This document shows positions 1 through 9,796 of a stretch of 64,000 bases of DNA, in pieces (the stretch's first letter is position 1; each line of letters starts with the position of its first letter). The notes beneath the pieces were generated by a model, which had not been told where the DNA came from, did not search any database, and saw nothing but the letters and a program-made list of their open reading frames with translations. The stretch covers positions 24,868 through 88,867 of the forward strand of contig SIAN01000013.1 of NCBI GenBank assembly GCA_009691715.1. Reading direction: 5' to 3'. The DNA comes from Planctomycetota bacterium. GTDB taxonomy: Bacteria > Planctomycetota > B15-G4 > SIAN01. The position numbers and the translations under genes are program-made.

Positions 1-1
1 C

Positions 2-274
2 GGTCGCAAGCCGAACAACACGAACCCCAACTTCGTGATCAATCCGAGCAACACCGATCCGGCGAGGTTCCAGTTCGAGGCCGGCAAGAAGTACACGCTG
101 CGCTTCGGGGTGATGGGCAGCAGGTTTCAGGTCAAGCTCTGGGGTGACGAAGAAGCGGTCATCCACATCGAGGACTGTCGCTGGACCGACACCCGCGCTG
201 GCGCGATCGGCCTGCAGATCCCGCCGGGATGCCGCATGCGCGTCACGGAATTCAAGCTGCGCGAGTTCAACTGA
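2..274 (+). CDS. C-terminal fragment of a protein that starts upstream of the window; possible DUF1080/LamG-like beta-sandwich C-terminus
   Basis: The frame is open from the window edge (GRKPNNTNPNFV precedes the listed Met at 35). The ending ...AGAIGLQIPPGCRMRVTEFKLREFN resembles the C-terminal strand pattern of the DUF1080 protein at 9797-11224 (...[22 protein letters not shown]). Confidence 0.55.
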   Translation, partial: GRKPNNTNPNFVINPSNTDPARFQFEAGKKYTLRFGVMGSRFQVKLWGDEEAVIHIEDCRWTDTRAGAIGLQIPPGCRMRVTEFKLREFN

Positions 275-283
275 CCGCGCGGT

Positions 284-1249
284 TCAGGGCTTCGGTGATG
301 TGGATTGGACCATCGCGTCGAAGTCGCTGTCGACGAGGTCGATGAAGTTCGCGGTCAGCTCCGGCTCGAAGTGGCTGCCCGCGCGCTCGCGGAAGAACTT
401 CGAGATCTCGGCGTGGCTCCACGCCGCCTTGTAGCTGCGGGCGTGGGAGAGCGCGTCGAAGACCTCGGCCATGATCAGGACGCGACCGGGCAGCGAGATC
501 TCTTCGCGCTTGCGGCCGTTCGGATAGCCCTGCCCATCCCACCGCTCGTGGTGCTCCACCACGCATCGGCGCACGGCGTCGAGGCCTGGCACCGGTTCGA
601 GGATCCGGTCGCCGACGGTCGGGTGCTTCTTGATGAGCTCGAACTCCTCGGGCGTGAGCTTGCCCGGTTTGGAGAGCACCGCGTCGGGAACGCCAATCTT
701 GCCGATGTCGTGCAGCGCGGCCGCGCAGTCGAGGATCTCGAGATCGTGCGCTGCGAGAGCGATCGACCGGCCGACCAGCTGACAGAGGTGGCGGACGCGA
801 TCGCCATGGCCATGGGTGGTCGGGTCCTTCGCCTCGACCGCTCGGGTCAGGGCGTCGTGCACCGCCGCGATGCGCAGGCCCGCGGACGGTCCGCGCGCTC
901 TCGCCTTCTGCAGCGCCCGCCACAGCGATGCCGAAAGATCGTCGAACCGCAGCGGTTTCAGGATGAGGTCGGTGGCACCGGAGCGGAGCGCCTCGACCGC
1001 CCGATCGACCGACGGCTCGCCGGTCATCAGGACGACGGCGGCGTCGGAGGAACCGGCGAGGGTCAGCAGCAGCAGTTCGAGCCCCGGCAGCGGCTCCATC
1101 GTCAGGTCATAGAGATGGAGATCGAAGCGGCGCGCCTGACTGAGCTCGTGAGCGTGGGTCGGGTCATCGGTCGTGACGACGTCGAAGTCGGAGCCGATCT
1201 GCGCCCGGATCAGTTCGAGGATTGCGGGGTCGTCGTCGACGACCAGCAC
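284..1249 (-). CDS. Response regulator with receiver domain fused to an HD-GYP domain (RpfG-like c-di-GMP phosphodiesterase)
   Basis: 321 aa. N-terminus MLVVDDDPAILELI... with acceptor-like YDLTM and LILKP, typical of REC. C-terminal half has HGHGDRV, AALHDIGKIGVP and HHERWDGQGYP, the HD and GYP signatures. Confidence 0.9.
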   Translation of the reverse strand: MLVVDDDPAILELIRAQIGSDFDVVTTDDPTHAHELSQARRFDLHLYDLTMEPLPGLELLLLTLAGSSDAAVVLMTGEPSVDRAVEALRSGATDLILKPLRFDDLSASLWRALQKARARGPSAGLRIAAVHDALTRAVEAKDPTTHGHGDRVRHLCQLVGRSIALAAHDLEILDCAAALHDIGKIGVPDAVLSKPGKLTPEEFELIKKHPTVGDRILEPVPGLDAVRRCVVEHHERWDGQGYPNGRKREEISLPGRVLIMAEVFDALSHARSYKAAWSHAEISKFFRERAGSHFEPELTANFIDLVDSDFDAMVQSTSPKP

Positions 1250-1453
1250 CGACGGCTTGAGCGGGTCTTGGCAGTGGCGTTCGATGGCGCGGCTCCCCTA
1301 CTTCCCAGGTCGGATCGCGAGGTGCTGCCAAGCAGGACGGCGGACGGTAGCCGAGCGAACTTGTCGGGACAATGCATGGCACGCCACATCCGCCGGTGAT
1401 GAGGCGATGATGACGCCTCATCTGGCAGGCCGGCAGGGACGACGGGAGAATCC

Positions 1454-2482
1454 GTGAGCGAAGACACCGAGATCGATGACACGACCTCCGGTAGTGGAAA
1501 TCCCCTAGCCTCCGAACCGATCGAGCTCGAGGTCGCGGCCGCAGAGGCGGGCGAACGGCTCGATCGCTGGCTCGGTCGCAGGCTCCGCCCGACCTATTCG
1601 CGCTCGTTCCTGGTCACGCGCATCGACGACGGCGGGGTCCTTGTGAACGGCAAGAAGGTTCGCCCGTCCTATCCCATCGAGCAGGGCGATCGGGTCGTCG
1701 TCGATGCGCGCCTGCCTGACCGCGCACCCAAGGGCGAACCGATCGCGATCGATGTGCTCTACGAGGACGATCACGTCGCCGTCGTCGTGAAACCGGTCGG
1801 GATGCTCGTGCATCCTTCGGGCGGCAGCGGCACCGGCGGCACGCTCATCAACGCGCTGCTCCATCGCTGGCCAAGCGTCGCCACCGTCGGCTCGCCGGAA
1901 CGACCCGGCATCGTCCATCGCCTCGATCGCGACACCAGCGGTCTCATGGTCGTCGCGCTCAGCAATCCGGCGCGCGTCAAGCTGGTCAACCAGTTCAAGG
2001 CGCGCACGGTGAAGAAGGAGTACCGCGCGATCGTCGTCGGCAAGGTCGCGCTCCACTCCGACTACATCGACCTCGCCATGGGCCCCGACAAGAGCCATCC
2101 GGAGCGGCAGCGGATCGACCTGCAGAACGGCAAGCCGGCATCGACCTACTACGAAGTCTGCGAGCGACTCCCCGGCTTCACCTACCTGCGCTGCCATCCG
2201 CTCACCGGTCGCACGCATCAGATCCGGCTCCACCTTTCGCACCTCGGCCACCCGTGCGTCGCCGACCCGATCTACGGCCGCAACACGAGCGTCGTGTGGC
2301 GCCGCCTGCTCGAGGAGCGCGAGGCCGCCGGCCTGCCGTCGCCGCAGATCCGCCGGCAGGCGCTGCATGCGCTGCGGCTGCGCTTCACCCATCCAGTGGA
2401 CGGCCGCGAGATCGACATGCAGGCGCCGCTCGCGCCCGACATGGAAGAGTTGCTGGTGTTCCTGCGCGGGCTGAAGAGTTGA
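1454..2482 (+). CDS. rluD: RluA/RluD-family 23S rRNA pseudouridine synthase (S4 domain plus catalytic domain)
   Basis: 342 aa. S4-like N-terminus (RLDRWL...VLVNGKKVRPSY) and the catalytic motif HRLDRDTSGLMVVA with the conserved Asp; RTHQIRLHL motif near the C-terminus. Confidence 0.88.
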   Translation: MSEDTEIDDTTSGSGNPLASEPIELEVAAAEAGERLDRWLGRRLRPTYSRSFLVTRIDDGGVLVNGKKVRPSYPIEQGDRVVVDARLPDRAPKGEPIAIDVLYEDDHVAVVVKPVGMLVHPSGGSGTGGTLINALLHRWPSVATVGSPERPGIVHRLDRDTSGLMVVALSNPARVKLVNQFKARTVKKEYRAIVVGKVALHSDYIDLAMGPDKSHPERQRIDLQNGKPASTYYEVCERLPGFTYLRCHPLTGRTHQIRLHLSHLGHPCVADPIYGRNTSVVWRRLLEEREAAGLPSPQIRRQALHALRLRFTHPVDGREIDMQAPLAPDMEELLVFLRGLKS

Positions 2483-2520
2483 GCGCTGCGGGCGGTCGCT
2501 GACGCCTCAAGCGCAATCGC

Positions 2521-4074
2521 CTACGGCAGCGCCTTCTTGTCGACCTTTCCCGGCCCGGTCCGCGGCAATTCGTCCATCAGCACGATTTGCGCCGGCACCT
2601 GGTACGGCGCGAGTTGCGTGCGGCAGTGGGCCAGCAGCGCATCGACCGCAGCCGTGGCGTCGATCGTTGCATTGATGGTCGCGTCGCGCATACGCACGAA
2701 GGCGACCGGCACCTCGCCCGCTTGCGCGTCTGGGCGACCGACGACCGCAACTTCCGCGACCGCGGGATGGTCGGCGAGACAAGCCTCGATCTCGAGCGCG
2801 CCAACGCGATGGCCGTGCACCTTGATCAGGTCGGTCGAGAGCCGGCCGACGATGGCGAAGCTGCCGTCGCCGAGTTGGCGCGCGAGATCGCCGGTGCGAT
2901 ACCAGCCATCGACGAGGACCTTCGCCGTCGCCTCGGGGTCCTCGAAGTAGCCGCTGAAGAGTGACGGACCGCGCACCCACAACTCGCCCTCGTCAGCATG
3001 GTCCTCGCCATCCGCGGGCGGCACCAGTCGCGTCTCGACTCCGGCGAGCGGCCCACCGACGGATCCCGCCGGGCGCCCGCCGTCGGCGCGCTGCGCCAGC
3101 GCGATCCCCATCTCCGTGGCGCCGTAGCGTTCGACGATCGCGTGGCCGAAGCGCTCCGCGAAACGCCGCTTCTGTGCCGGCGGCAACGGCGCCGAGCCGC
3201 TGACGAAGAGGCGCATCGACGGCAGGGGTGGCGGCTCGATCTCGATCAACTTCGCGTACATCGACGGCACGCCGAAGAAGAGCGTCGCGGCTCCGCTTGC
3301 AAGACGTGCGACGACCTCGCGCGCCTCGAAACCGTCGCAAAGATCGAGCGTGACGCCCGCCTGCAACGAGCCCATCACGCCGACGGCGAGGCCGTGCAGA
3401 TGGTGGAGCGGCAGGCAGTGGAGCAGCCGATCGGCAGGGGACAGCTGCCACGCCTCCGCCAGCGCGGCGAGGTTGTGCCCGAGCGACCCCTGCGTGTGCA
3501 GCGCCCCCTTCGGCTTGCCGGTCGTTCCTGACGTGTAAAGCAGCAGCGCCGGGTCGTCGGCTGACGCCGCGACGCCGGCGTGATCGAACTCGAGCGCGAC
3601 TCCCGCATTCGCCTCGTCGACCTCGGCACGCGCCGCGGTCGCCTCGGCATGCAGCCGCGCGAGATCGACCACGCGCACCTGTGGGTGGCTCACGCGGATC
3701 AGGTCGGCGAGCGGCTCGTCGGCGATCGCGGCGCGCGGGCCGGAATCCCAGACGACGTGAGCGAGCTCGCGCGGCTTCACCTTGGGGTGCAGCGGCACGA
3801 CGATCAGCCCGGCCCGCGCGGCCGCGAGCAGTTGCGTCACGAATCGCTGTCCGCTGCGCAACGCCAGCAGCAACCGGTCGCCGGGCCGCAGCCCAAGCCG
3901 GAACCAGGCGACCGCCAGCGCGCCGCTCTCTGCCACCAACTCGCTTGCGCGGAGTTCAGGGGCGGCGCGGCTGGCCGGGTCGGAACCATCGAACACGACC
4001 ACGCGTTCGCCGGCGTCACGAAGCTGTTGCAGCGTCGCCTCGACCCAGATCGTCGACCGCCCGTCCGGGTACAT
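2521..4074 (-). CDS. AMP-forming acyl-CoA synthetase/ligase (malonyl/medium-chain type; substrate not assignable)
   Basis: AMP-binding motif [17 protein letters not shown]; YGATE, WYRTGD and [13 protein letters not shown] motifs. Start placed at ATG 4074 ([10 protein letters not shown]), in frame with the 794-aa track ORF and preceded by GAAGGAG 5 nt upstream. The 277 codons further upstream overlap the MCM gene antisense and look non-coding. Confidence 0.85.
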   Translation of the reverse strand: MYPDGRSTIWVEATLQQLRDAGERVVVFDGSDPASRAAPELRASELVAESGALAVAWFRLGLRPGDRLLLALRSGQRFVTQLLAAARAGLIVVPLHPKVKPRELAHVVWDSGPRAAIADEPLADLIRVSHPQVRVVDLARLHAEATAARAEVDEANAGVALEFDHAGVAASADDPALLLYTSGTTGKPKGALHTQGSLGHNLAALAEAWQLSPADRLLHCLPLHHLHGLAVGVMGSLQAGVTLDLCDGFEAREVVARLASGAATLFFGVPSMYAKLIEIEPPPLPSMRLFVSGSAPLPPAQKRRFAERFGHAIVERYGATEMGIALAQRADGGRPAGSVGGPLAGVETRLVPPADGEDHADEGELWVRGPSLFSGYFEDPEATAKVLVDGWYRTGDLARQLGDGSFAIVGRLSTDLIKVHGHRVGALEIEACLADHPAVAEVAVVGRPDAQAGEVPVAFVRMRDATINATIDATAAVDALLAHCRTQLAPYQVPAQIVLMDELPRTGPGKVDKKALP

Positions 4075-4131
4075 TCCCGCTCCTTCGCGCGGCCGATCGC
4101 CGGCGCGCATCACGACCACGGAGCGTACCGG

Positions 4132-5715
4132 ATGAGCCGCGAACCGAACCGTCCCGGCGAGGTGCCGGCCGCGACCAGTTCCGGCATCGAACCGAAGCAG
4201 GTCTACGCGCCCGAACTCGGTTTGCCCGGCGTGCCGCCGTTCCTGCGCGGGCCCTATCCGACGATGTATCGCGGCCGACTCTGGACGATGCGCCAGTACG
4301 CAGGTTTCGGCGACGCGGCTGCCACCAACCGCCGTTTCCGCTACCTGCTCGAACAAGGGCAGATGGGGCTGTCGACCGCGTTCGACCTGCCGACGCAGAT
4401 CGGCTACGACCCCGACCACCCGATGGCGAGCGGCGAGGTCGGGCGCGTCGGCGTCTCGATCGCCTGCGTCGATGATCTCGACGAACTCTTCGCCGCCATC
4501 CCGCTCGATCAAGTCTCGACGTCGATGACGATCAACGCGACGGCGTCGATCCTGCTCGCGCTCTACGTCGCCGCCGCCCGTCGCCAAGGCATCCCGGCAG
4601 CGAAGCTCTCCGGCACGGTGCAGAACGACATCCTGAAGGAGTACGCCGCGCGCGGCACCTACCGCTTCCCGCCGGCGGCGTCGATGCGGCTGGTCACAGA
4701 CGTCATCGCTTGGACCGCCAGCGCCACGCCGCGCTGGAACTCGATCTCGATCTCCGGCTACCACATGCGCGAGGCGGGCTGCACTGCGGTCCAGGAAGTC
4801 GCCTTCACGCTCGCCCACGGCCTCGCCTACGTGCAGGCCGCAGTTGCGGCCGGCCTCGACGTCGACGCCTTCGCCAGCCGCGTCTCCTTCTTCTTCGCTG
4901 CGCACAACGACCTATTCGAGGAGGTCGCCAAGTTCCGCGCCGCGCGCCGGCTGTGGGCGCGGCTGATGCAGGAGCGTTTTGCGCCGCGGAAGCCCGAGTC
5001 GTTGATGCTGCGCTTCCACACCCAGACCGGCGGCTCGACGCTCACCGCGCAGCAACCGCAGGTGAACATCGCGCGGGTGACGCTGCAGGCGCTTGCCGCG
5101 GTGCTCGGCGGCACCCAATCGCTCCACACCAACTCCTGGGACGAGGCGCTCGCGCTGCCGAGCGAGGCCTCCGCGCTGCTGGCGCTGCGGACCCAGCAGG
5201 TGATCGCCGCGGAGAGCGGCGTGACGCGGGTCGTCGATCCGCTCGGCGGGTCGCCCTATGTCGAGGCGCTCACCGATGAGATCGAGGCACGGGCGCGAAC
5301 GCTGATCGAGAAGATCGACACGCTCGGCGGCGCGGTGGCGGCGGTCGAGGCCGGCTTCGTGCAGCAGGAGATCCACCGATCGGCCTGGATCGAGCAGCAG
5401 GCCATCGAGCGCGGCACCAAGGTTGTGGTCGGCGTGAACCAGCACACGGCTGGCGACGTTGTGCCGCCGACGGTCGAGTTCCGCAGCGACGAGGGTTTGG
5501 AGGCGCGCCGGCGCGAGCAGTTCGCCGACTTCCGATCGCGCCGTGACAGCGGCAAGGCGCGCGATGCCCGCAAGCGCGTCGCCGACGCCGCGGCCACGAA
5601 AACGAACCTGCTGCCGTTGCTGATCGAGGCGGTCGACAGCGGCGCCACGCTGGGAGAACTCTGTACCGATCTCGAAGCGGTCTTCGGGACCTACCGCGCG
5701 CCGGTCGTGTTCTGA
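4132..5715 (+). CDS. Methylmalonyl-CoA mutase catalytic (large, TIM-barrel) subunit without a fused B12-binding domain
   Basis: 527 aa from ATG 4132 (GGAG 8 nt upstream). [49 protein letters not shown] and [14 protein letters not shown] are typical of MCM-family mutases. The protein ends right after the barrel/linker region. Confidence 0.88.
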   Translation: MSREPNRPGEVPAATSSGIEPKQVYAPELGLPGVPPFLRGPYPTMYRGRLWTMRQYAGFGDAAATNRRFRYLLEQGQMGLSTAFDLPTQIGYDPDHPMASGEVGRVGVSIACVDDLDELFAAIPLDQVSTSMTINATASILLALYVAAARRQGIPAAKLSGTVQNDILKEYAARGTYRFPPAASMRLVTDVIAWTASATPRWNSISISGYHMREAGCTAVQEVAFTLAHGLAYVQAAVAAGLDVDAFASRVSFFFAAHNDLFEEVAKFRAARRLWARLMQERFAPRKPESLMLRFHTQTGGSTLTAQQPQVNIARVTLQALAAVLGGTQSLHTNSWDEALALPSEASALLALRTQQVIAAESGVTRVVDPLGGSPYVEALTDEIEARARTLIEKIDTLGGAVAAVEAGFVQQEIHRSAWIEQQAIERGTKVVVGVNQHTAGDVVPPTVEFRSDEGLEARRREQFADFRSRRDSGKARDARKRVADAAATKTNLLPLLIEAVDSGATLGELCTDLEAVFGTYRAPVVF

Positions 5716-5818
5716 CGATCGCTGGATTCCGCCCGCTACAGGCCGGCGCTACTCGCCGTCGATCTGGCGCTAGACAGATCCACGGCGACCGCCACCCCCC
5801 AAACCAGGGAGTCCCGCG

Positions 5819-6352
5819 ATGACGAACGACCCACGTCGAACGCGCACGACAGGTGCGACTGCGACGACCGTCACGGATCGCTTCAGCGAGCAGTGGCCGC
5901 GTTTCGCGCTCCTCGCCGTCTTCCTCGCCACCGGCATCGGCACGGTCCTGCTCGCGATGCGCAGCCTCAACGTGCTGCAGCGGTGCGGCGTCTCGACGCC
6001 CGCGACCCAGTTCGTTGCCGTCGGCGTTCCCACCGTCATCGGCGCCGCGATCCTCGGTTTCGTGCTCGTGATCGCGCGCCACCGCCGTCGCCTTCCGGCC
6101 GTCGGTGAGGCGACCGGCTCCGATCGGCTCGGCAAACTGCGCCTGGTCGCCTTCCTCGCGCCGTTCTTCGCCGTGACCCACGCCGGCGCCGCCTTCTTGA
6201 GCGCTTCGGCGCAGGCGACTTGGGCCACCATGCTGCTGGCAGCGCTGGTGCCGCTGGTGCCGATCACCATCGCCGGCTTCGGCGTCGCGATCCTTTCCTT
6301 CGCCGGCTCGAACGTCACGAGCGCGCGTGAGATTCACGCGCGTCGCCACTGA
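5819..6352 (+). CDS. Hypothetical integral membrane protein (about 4 hydrophobic helices)
   Basis: 177 aa. Hydrophobic stretches FALLAVFLATGIGTVLLAM, VGVPTVIGAAILGFVLVIA, LVAFLAPFFAVTHAGAAFL and MLLAALVPLVPITIAGFGVAILSFA. No recognisable family. Confidence 0.5.
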   Translation: MTNDPRRTRTTGATATTVTDRFSEQWPRFALLAVFLATGIGTVLLAMRSLNVLQRCGVSTPATQFVAVGVPTVIGAAILGFVLVIARHRRRLPAVGEATGSDRLGKLRLVAFLAPFFAVTHAGAAFLSASAQATWATMLLAALVPLVPITIAGFGVAILSFAGSNVTSAREIHARRH

Positions 6353-6403
6353 CGGTCCGATCGCGAATGCGGCAAGCATCGCTGCGACCGCTGGCTTTTC
6401 GGC

Positions 6404-7777
6404 CTACGGCGGCGAGTCCGCCACGGTGAAACGTGCCAGCGTTGCGCGCACGAGTTCTGCCTGCGTCAGGTCGCCACGCACGCTCGCGTCCTCCAGCAGC
6501 ACGCGAGCCGAGACTTCGACCGCCGCGCGGTGGCAAAATCCAACTCGATACGAGTCGGCGCCGGCGATCCAGTGGCGGTTCGGCAATGCCGGCACCGCTG
6601 CGAGCGCTCGAAGATGCCAGCGCCTCGCCGCGTCGCTGAGACCGCCGCCGTCCGCGCGATCGATTGCCGTCCCGAGTGCGCTCATCAAATCGGTGAGCTC
6701 GGCCTCGAGCGGTGGCGGCAACGCCTCGTGCGGCTCCTGCTTGCTGAGCCATGCCACCCGTTCGGCGTCCGTCGCACCATCGCTCGCGTCCTCGATCCAC
6801 CGCACCAGTTCCGTGCGCAACGATTCGAGGCGCGGCTCGAGATCGCGCAGCGGGGTCGGTGGATTGTCGGGCGGGAAGACGCGCGGTTCGGGCTGCCAGC
6901 GTCCGTCGAGCGCGGAACGGAAGAAGTCGGCGAGGCGCGCCTCGTAGGTCCCGGCGTGCTGCCAAAGTCCGTGCGGTGCGTGGCCGGTTCCTGCCATCAC
7001 CCAGAGCTGTGCATGGCCGGTTGCCGCTGCGAAAGCGCGTTCGGTCGCGATGCGATCGATCGACTCTTCGAGCTCGCCGGTGAGGAACAGCAGCGGCTTG
7101 CTCGTCGCGGCGGCGTTCGCATCAGGCTCGGCGTCATCCGGGAGCGCGAACCACCGCACCAACGTGCCGGCCAGCCAGCGGGTGATCGCCCAATCGAACT
7201 TCTGCGCCAGCGCCGCGTCGATGTTGTCGCATGGACTCGCGCCGTCCTCGATTGCGGCGCAGGCGATCCGCTCATCGTGCGCGGCGAGATGCAACGCCAC
7301 GATGCTGCCGAGCGAGATGCCGAGCACCCCGATCCTCCGTGCGTCGACGTCGGCGCGCGCCGCCAACCAGTCGACCGCGCGTCGCGCATCGGGGAAGAGC
7401 GTCGAGATCAGCGCCTCGCCCTCGCTCCTGCCGTAGCCGGCGTAGTCCCAGACGAACACGTTCAGTTGCGCCGCGTGCAGCAGTTCCCAGTACGGGAAGT
7501 AGTAGGTGAGGTTGGCGGCGCTCCCGTGGCAGAGCAGCACCGTGCGCCCGCGCGCGTCGGGGTGGGGCACGAACCAGCCGTGGCGGCGCGAGCCATCGAC
7601 GCCCTCGAACCACGCTTCCTCGAAGGCGAGCCCAGTCTCATCGGGTCGCGCGATCGCCTCGTGGCGCGGCAGCAGGAACTGCTTCGACAGCTCGCGCTCG
7701 AGCGAACTGCAGCCGTAGAGCGCGGTGCCGGCGACAAATGCGGCGACGAATGCTGCGACAAGGCGGGAGCCGGCCAT
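6404..7777 (-). CDS. Alpha/beta-hydrolase lipoprotein with a long C-terminal extension of unknown function
   Basis: 457 aa. Signal peptide with lipobox (AFVAGTALYGC); nucleophile elbow GISLGS; LLCHGSAAN oxyanion-type region; candidate His in GTGHAPH. The last ~190 aa have no motif I recognise. Confidence 0.75.
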   Translation of the reverse strand: MAGSRLVAAFVAAFVAGTALYGCSSLERELSKQFLLPRHEAIARPDETGLAFEEAWFEGVDGSRRHGWFVPHPDARGRTVLLCHGSAANLTYYFPYWELLHAAQLNVFVWDYAGYGRSEGEALISTLFPDARRAVDWLAARADVDARRIGVLGISLGSIVALHLAAHDERIACAAIEDGASPCDNIDAALAQKFDWAITRWLAGTLVRWFALPDDAEPDANAAATSKPLLFLTGELEESIDRIATERAFAAATGHAQLWVMAGTGHAPHGLWQHAGTYEARLADFFRSALDGRWQPEPRVFPPDNPPTPLRDLEPRLESLRTELVRWIEDASDGATDAERVAWLSKQEPHEALPPPLEAELTDLMSALGTAIDRADGGGLSDAARRWHLRALAAVPALPNRHWIAGADSYRVGFCHRAAVEVSARVLLEDASVRGDLTQAELVRATLARFTVADSPP

Positions 7778-7857
7778 CCAAGCGACCCTCGACGAGGTGG
7801 CATTGACGGTGGCAGAGCATAGTTTTGCGCGCCACGCATCTTCGTTGGAGCCAGTCC

Positions 7858-8286
7858 GTGACCGCCATCGACCACCTCGGCATCGCCGTGCACAAGCTCG
7901 CGGACGCGCTGCCGTTCTGGCGCGACTTGCTCGGGATGGAGCTGGTGGCGATCGAGGAGGTGGCGAGCGAGAAGGTGCGCGTTGCCATCTTGCGGCCGAA
8001 GGACGACGCGAACGGCGCGCGCATCGAGCTGCTGGAGCCGACCGCGCCCGACAGTCCGATCGCGAAGCATCTGGAGAAGCGCGGGCCGGGGCTCCACCAC
8101 GTGGCGATGAAGGTCGACGACATCGCTGCGCGGATGGCTGGCCTTGCCGCAGCGGGCAATCCGGCGATGGACTCGGCGCCGCGGGTCGGCGCCGGCGGCT
8201 GCATGGTCACGTTCCTCCACCCGAAGCAGACCGGCGGCGTGCTGCTCGAACTGTCGCAGCCGCCAGCGGGCGGGGGCGGCCACTGA
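7858..8286 (+). CDS. mce: Methylmalonyl-CoA epimerase (VOC/glyoxalase-fold)
   Basis: IDHLGIAV...ELLEP...SPIAKHLEKRGPGLHHVAMKVDDI...FLHPK..GGVLLEL is the typical epimerase pattern. Start moved to GTG 7858 (in frame with the track ORF at 7825), with GGAG 7 nt upstream. Confidence 0.85.
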   Translation: MTAIDHLGIAVHKLADALPFWRDLLGMELVAIEEVASEKVRVAILRPKDDANGARIELLEPTAPDSPIAKHLEKRGPGLHHVAMKVDDIAARMAGLAAAGNPAMDSAPRVGAGGCMVTFLHPKQTGGVLLELSQPPAGGGGH

Positions 8287-8328
8287 AGTGCGGTTCTGGC
8301 GAACGGCGGATGCCGGGGACGTGCCGCA

Positions 8329-9771
8329 TCAAATCCTCGCCGCTTTCAGCAGTGCGTCGACGTCGAAGTCGGCCTTGCGGCGCGGTCGTGCGAGGCGTGT
8401 GTTCGCCTCGTCGTCGCCGACGAAGCGCTCGGCGACCGGATCCCACGCGAGCTTGCGACCGAGCTTCATCGCGAGCCAGCTCACGTAGCACGCCGTGAGG
8501 CTGCGCGCCGCCTGATCGACCGGCGCCACCGGCTGGCGCCGATCGCGGATCGCCTCGAGCCAGTTGGTGTAGTGGTTCGTGCTCGGCGGCAACTGCAACG
8601 CCGACTCGGGGAGCGGCTCGAGCGATCGCGCGTCGCTCGCACGCAATGCCGCCTTGTTGGCACCGGCATTCGGGTCGCTCGCCGTGACCTGACCGCTGCC
8701 GCGGGTGCAGAAGAGCGTCCCCTCTTCGCCGACGAACTCGAGGCCGACCTCGAAGCCGCTGTCGACGACGACGCGCGCGCCGGCCGCCGCACCACCGGAC
8801 GCACCACCGGAATAATCGAGCTCGATGTGGTAGCCGCGATGAACGGTCCACAGATCGTCCTGCATGAAGTCGGCGCGCGCCTCGATCGTGCGCGGACCGC
8901 CGAGCTCTTCGCCGAGCGCCCACTGCGCGATGTCGAGGTGGTGCGCGCCCCAATTCGTGATCATCCCGAGGCCGAAGCACTCGGTGGTGATCCAGCCGGG
9001 GCGGCCGGTGAGCGAGTCCTGTGGATGGACGCGCCCCTCCATGTAGTCGGTGGCAGGAGCCGGCCCGAGCCAGCGCTCGAAGTCGAGGTGGGGCGGCACC
9101 GCCATCGGCGCCGGCGCCCGGCCGCTCGGACTGTCGCTGCCGAGTCCGATGCGGATCGACTTCACCCGGCCGATGCGGCCGTTGCGCACCGCGGCCGCGG
9201 CGAACCGGAACGAGGTCCACGGCTCGTCCGAACGCTGCTGCGAGCCGGTCTGCAGCACGATCCCCTTCGCCTGCACCGCGCGGCGCAGCGCGAGCGCCTC
9301 GCCCACGTCGTAGGCCAGCGGCTTCTGCACGTAGAGGTGTTTGCCGGCGAGCGCCGCCGCCACCGCGATCCAACCGTGCGAGTGGTCGGGCGTGCTGATC
9401 ACCAGCGCGTCGATGTCGGCACGGGCGAGCAACTCGCGCACGTCGGCGACGGCGGCGATCGCGACGTCGCTTTCGCCCTGCTTACGGTAGTGCTCCTCGG
9501 CGAGCGACTTTCCTGCCGCGAGGCGCTTTGCGTCGACGTCGCAGACCGCGACCACGCGTGCGAGCGGCTGGCGCAGCACGGCGGCGAGGTCCTCGCGGCC
9601 CATGCGACCGCAACCGACCTGCGCGATCTGCAGGCGCGCGAGCGGCGTCGCCTGCTTGCGTCCAGTGCGCCGCAACGCGGGCGGCAGCAGGAGGAGCGCG
9701 GCGCCGCCCTGCAGCGACGTCGCGAGGAACTCTCTGCGGTTCGGTCGATTCATCATGCGGCTCCCTGCCAT
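8329..9771 (-). CDS. Gfo/Idh/MocA-family oxidoreductase with twin-arginine (TAT) signal
   Basis: 480 aa. N-terminus NRREFLATSLQGGAALLLLP is TAT-like. Rossmann region IAQVGCGRMG...VVAVCDVD and STPDHSH are typical of Gfo/Idh/MocA. Confidence 0.85.
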   Translation of the reverse strand: MAGSRMMNRPNRREFLATSLQGGAALLLLPPALRRTGRKQATPLARLQIAQVGCGRMGREDLAAVLRQPLARVVAVCDVDAKRLAAGKSLAEEHYRKQGESDVAIAAVADVRELLARADIDALVISTPDHSHGWIAVAAALAGKHLYVQKPLAYDVGEALALRRAVQAKGIVLQTGSQQRSDEPWTSFRFAAAAVRNGRIGRVKSIRIGLGSDSPSGRAPAPMAVPPHLDFERWLGPAPATDYMEGRVHPQDSLTGRPGWITTECFGLGMITNWGAHHLDIAQWALGEELGGPRTIEARADFMQDDLWTVHRGYHIELDYSGGASGGAAAGARVVVDSGFEVGLEFVGEEGTLFCTRGSGQVTASDPNAGANKAALRASDARSLEPLPESALQLPPSTNHYTNWLEAIRDRRQPVAPVDQAARSLTACYVSWLAMKLGRKLAWDPVAERFVGDDEANTRLARPRRKADFDVDALLKAARI

Positions 9772-9796
9772 CGGGTCGCGACGTCGCGGCCGTGCT

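Noticed and set aside
305-2392. 364-aa plus ORF (305-1399) and 295-aa minus ORF (1505-2392)
   Set aside because: They are antisense to the HD-GYP response regulator and the pseudouridine synthase respectively, both of which carry diagnostic motifs.
2521-4905. 794-aa ORF on the minus strand
   Set aside because: Only the C-terminal 517 codons (from ATG 4074, with AAGGAG upstream) look like the acyl-CoA synthetase. The N-terminal 277 codons are Arg/Asp-rich, low in information, and antisense to the clearly real MCM gene.
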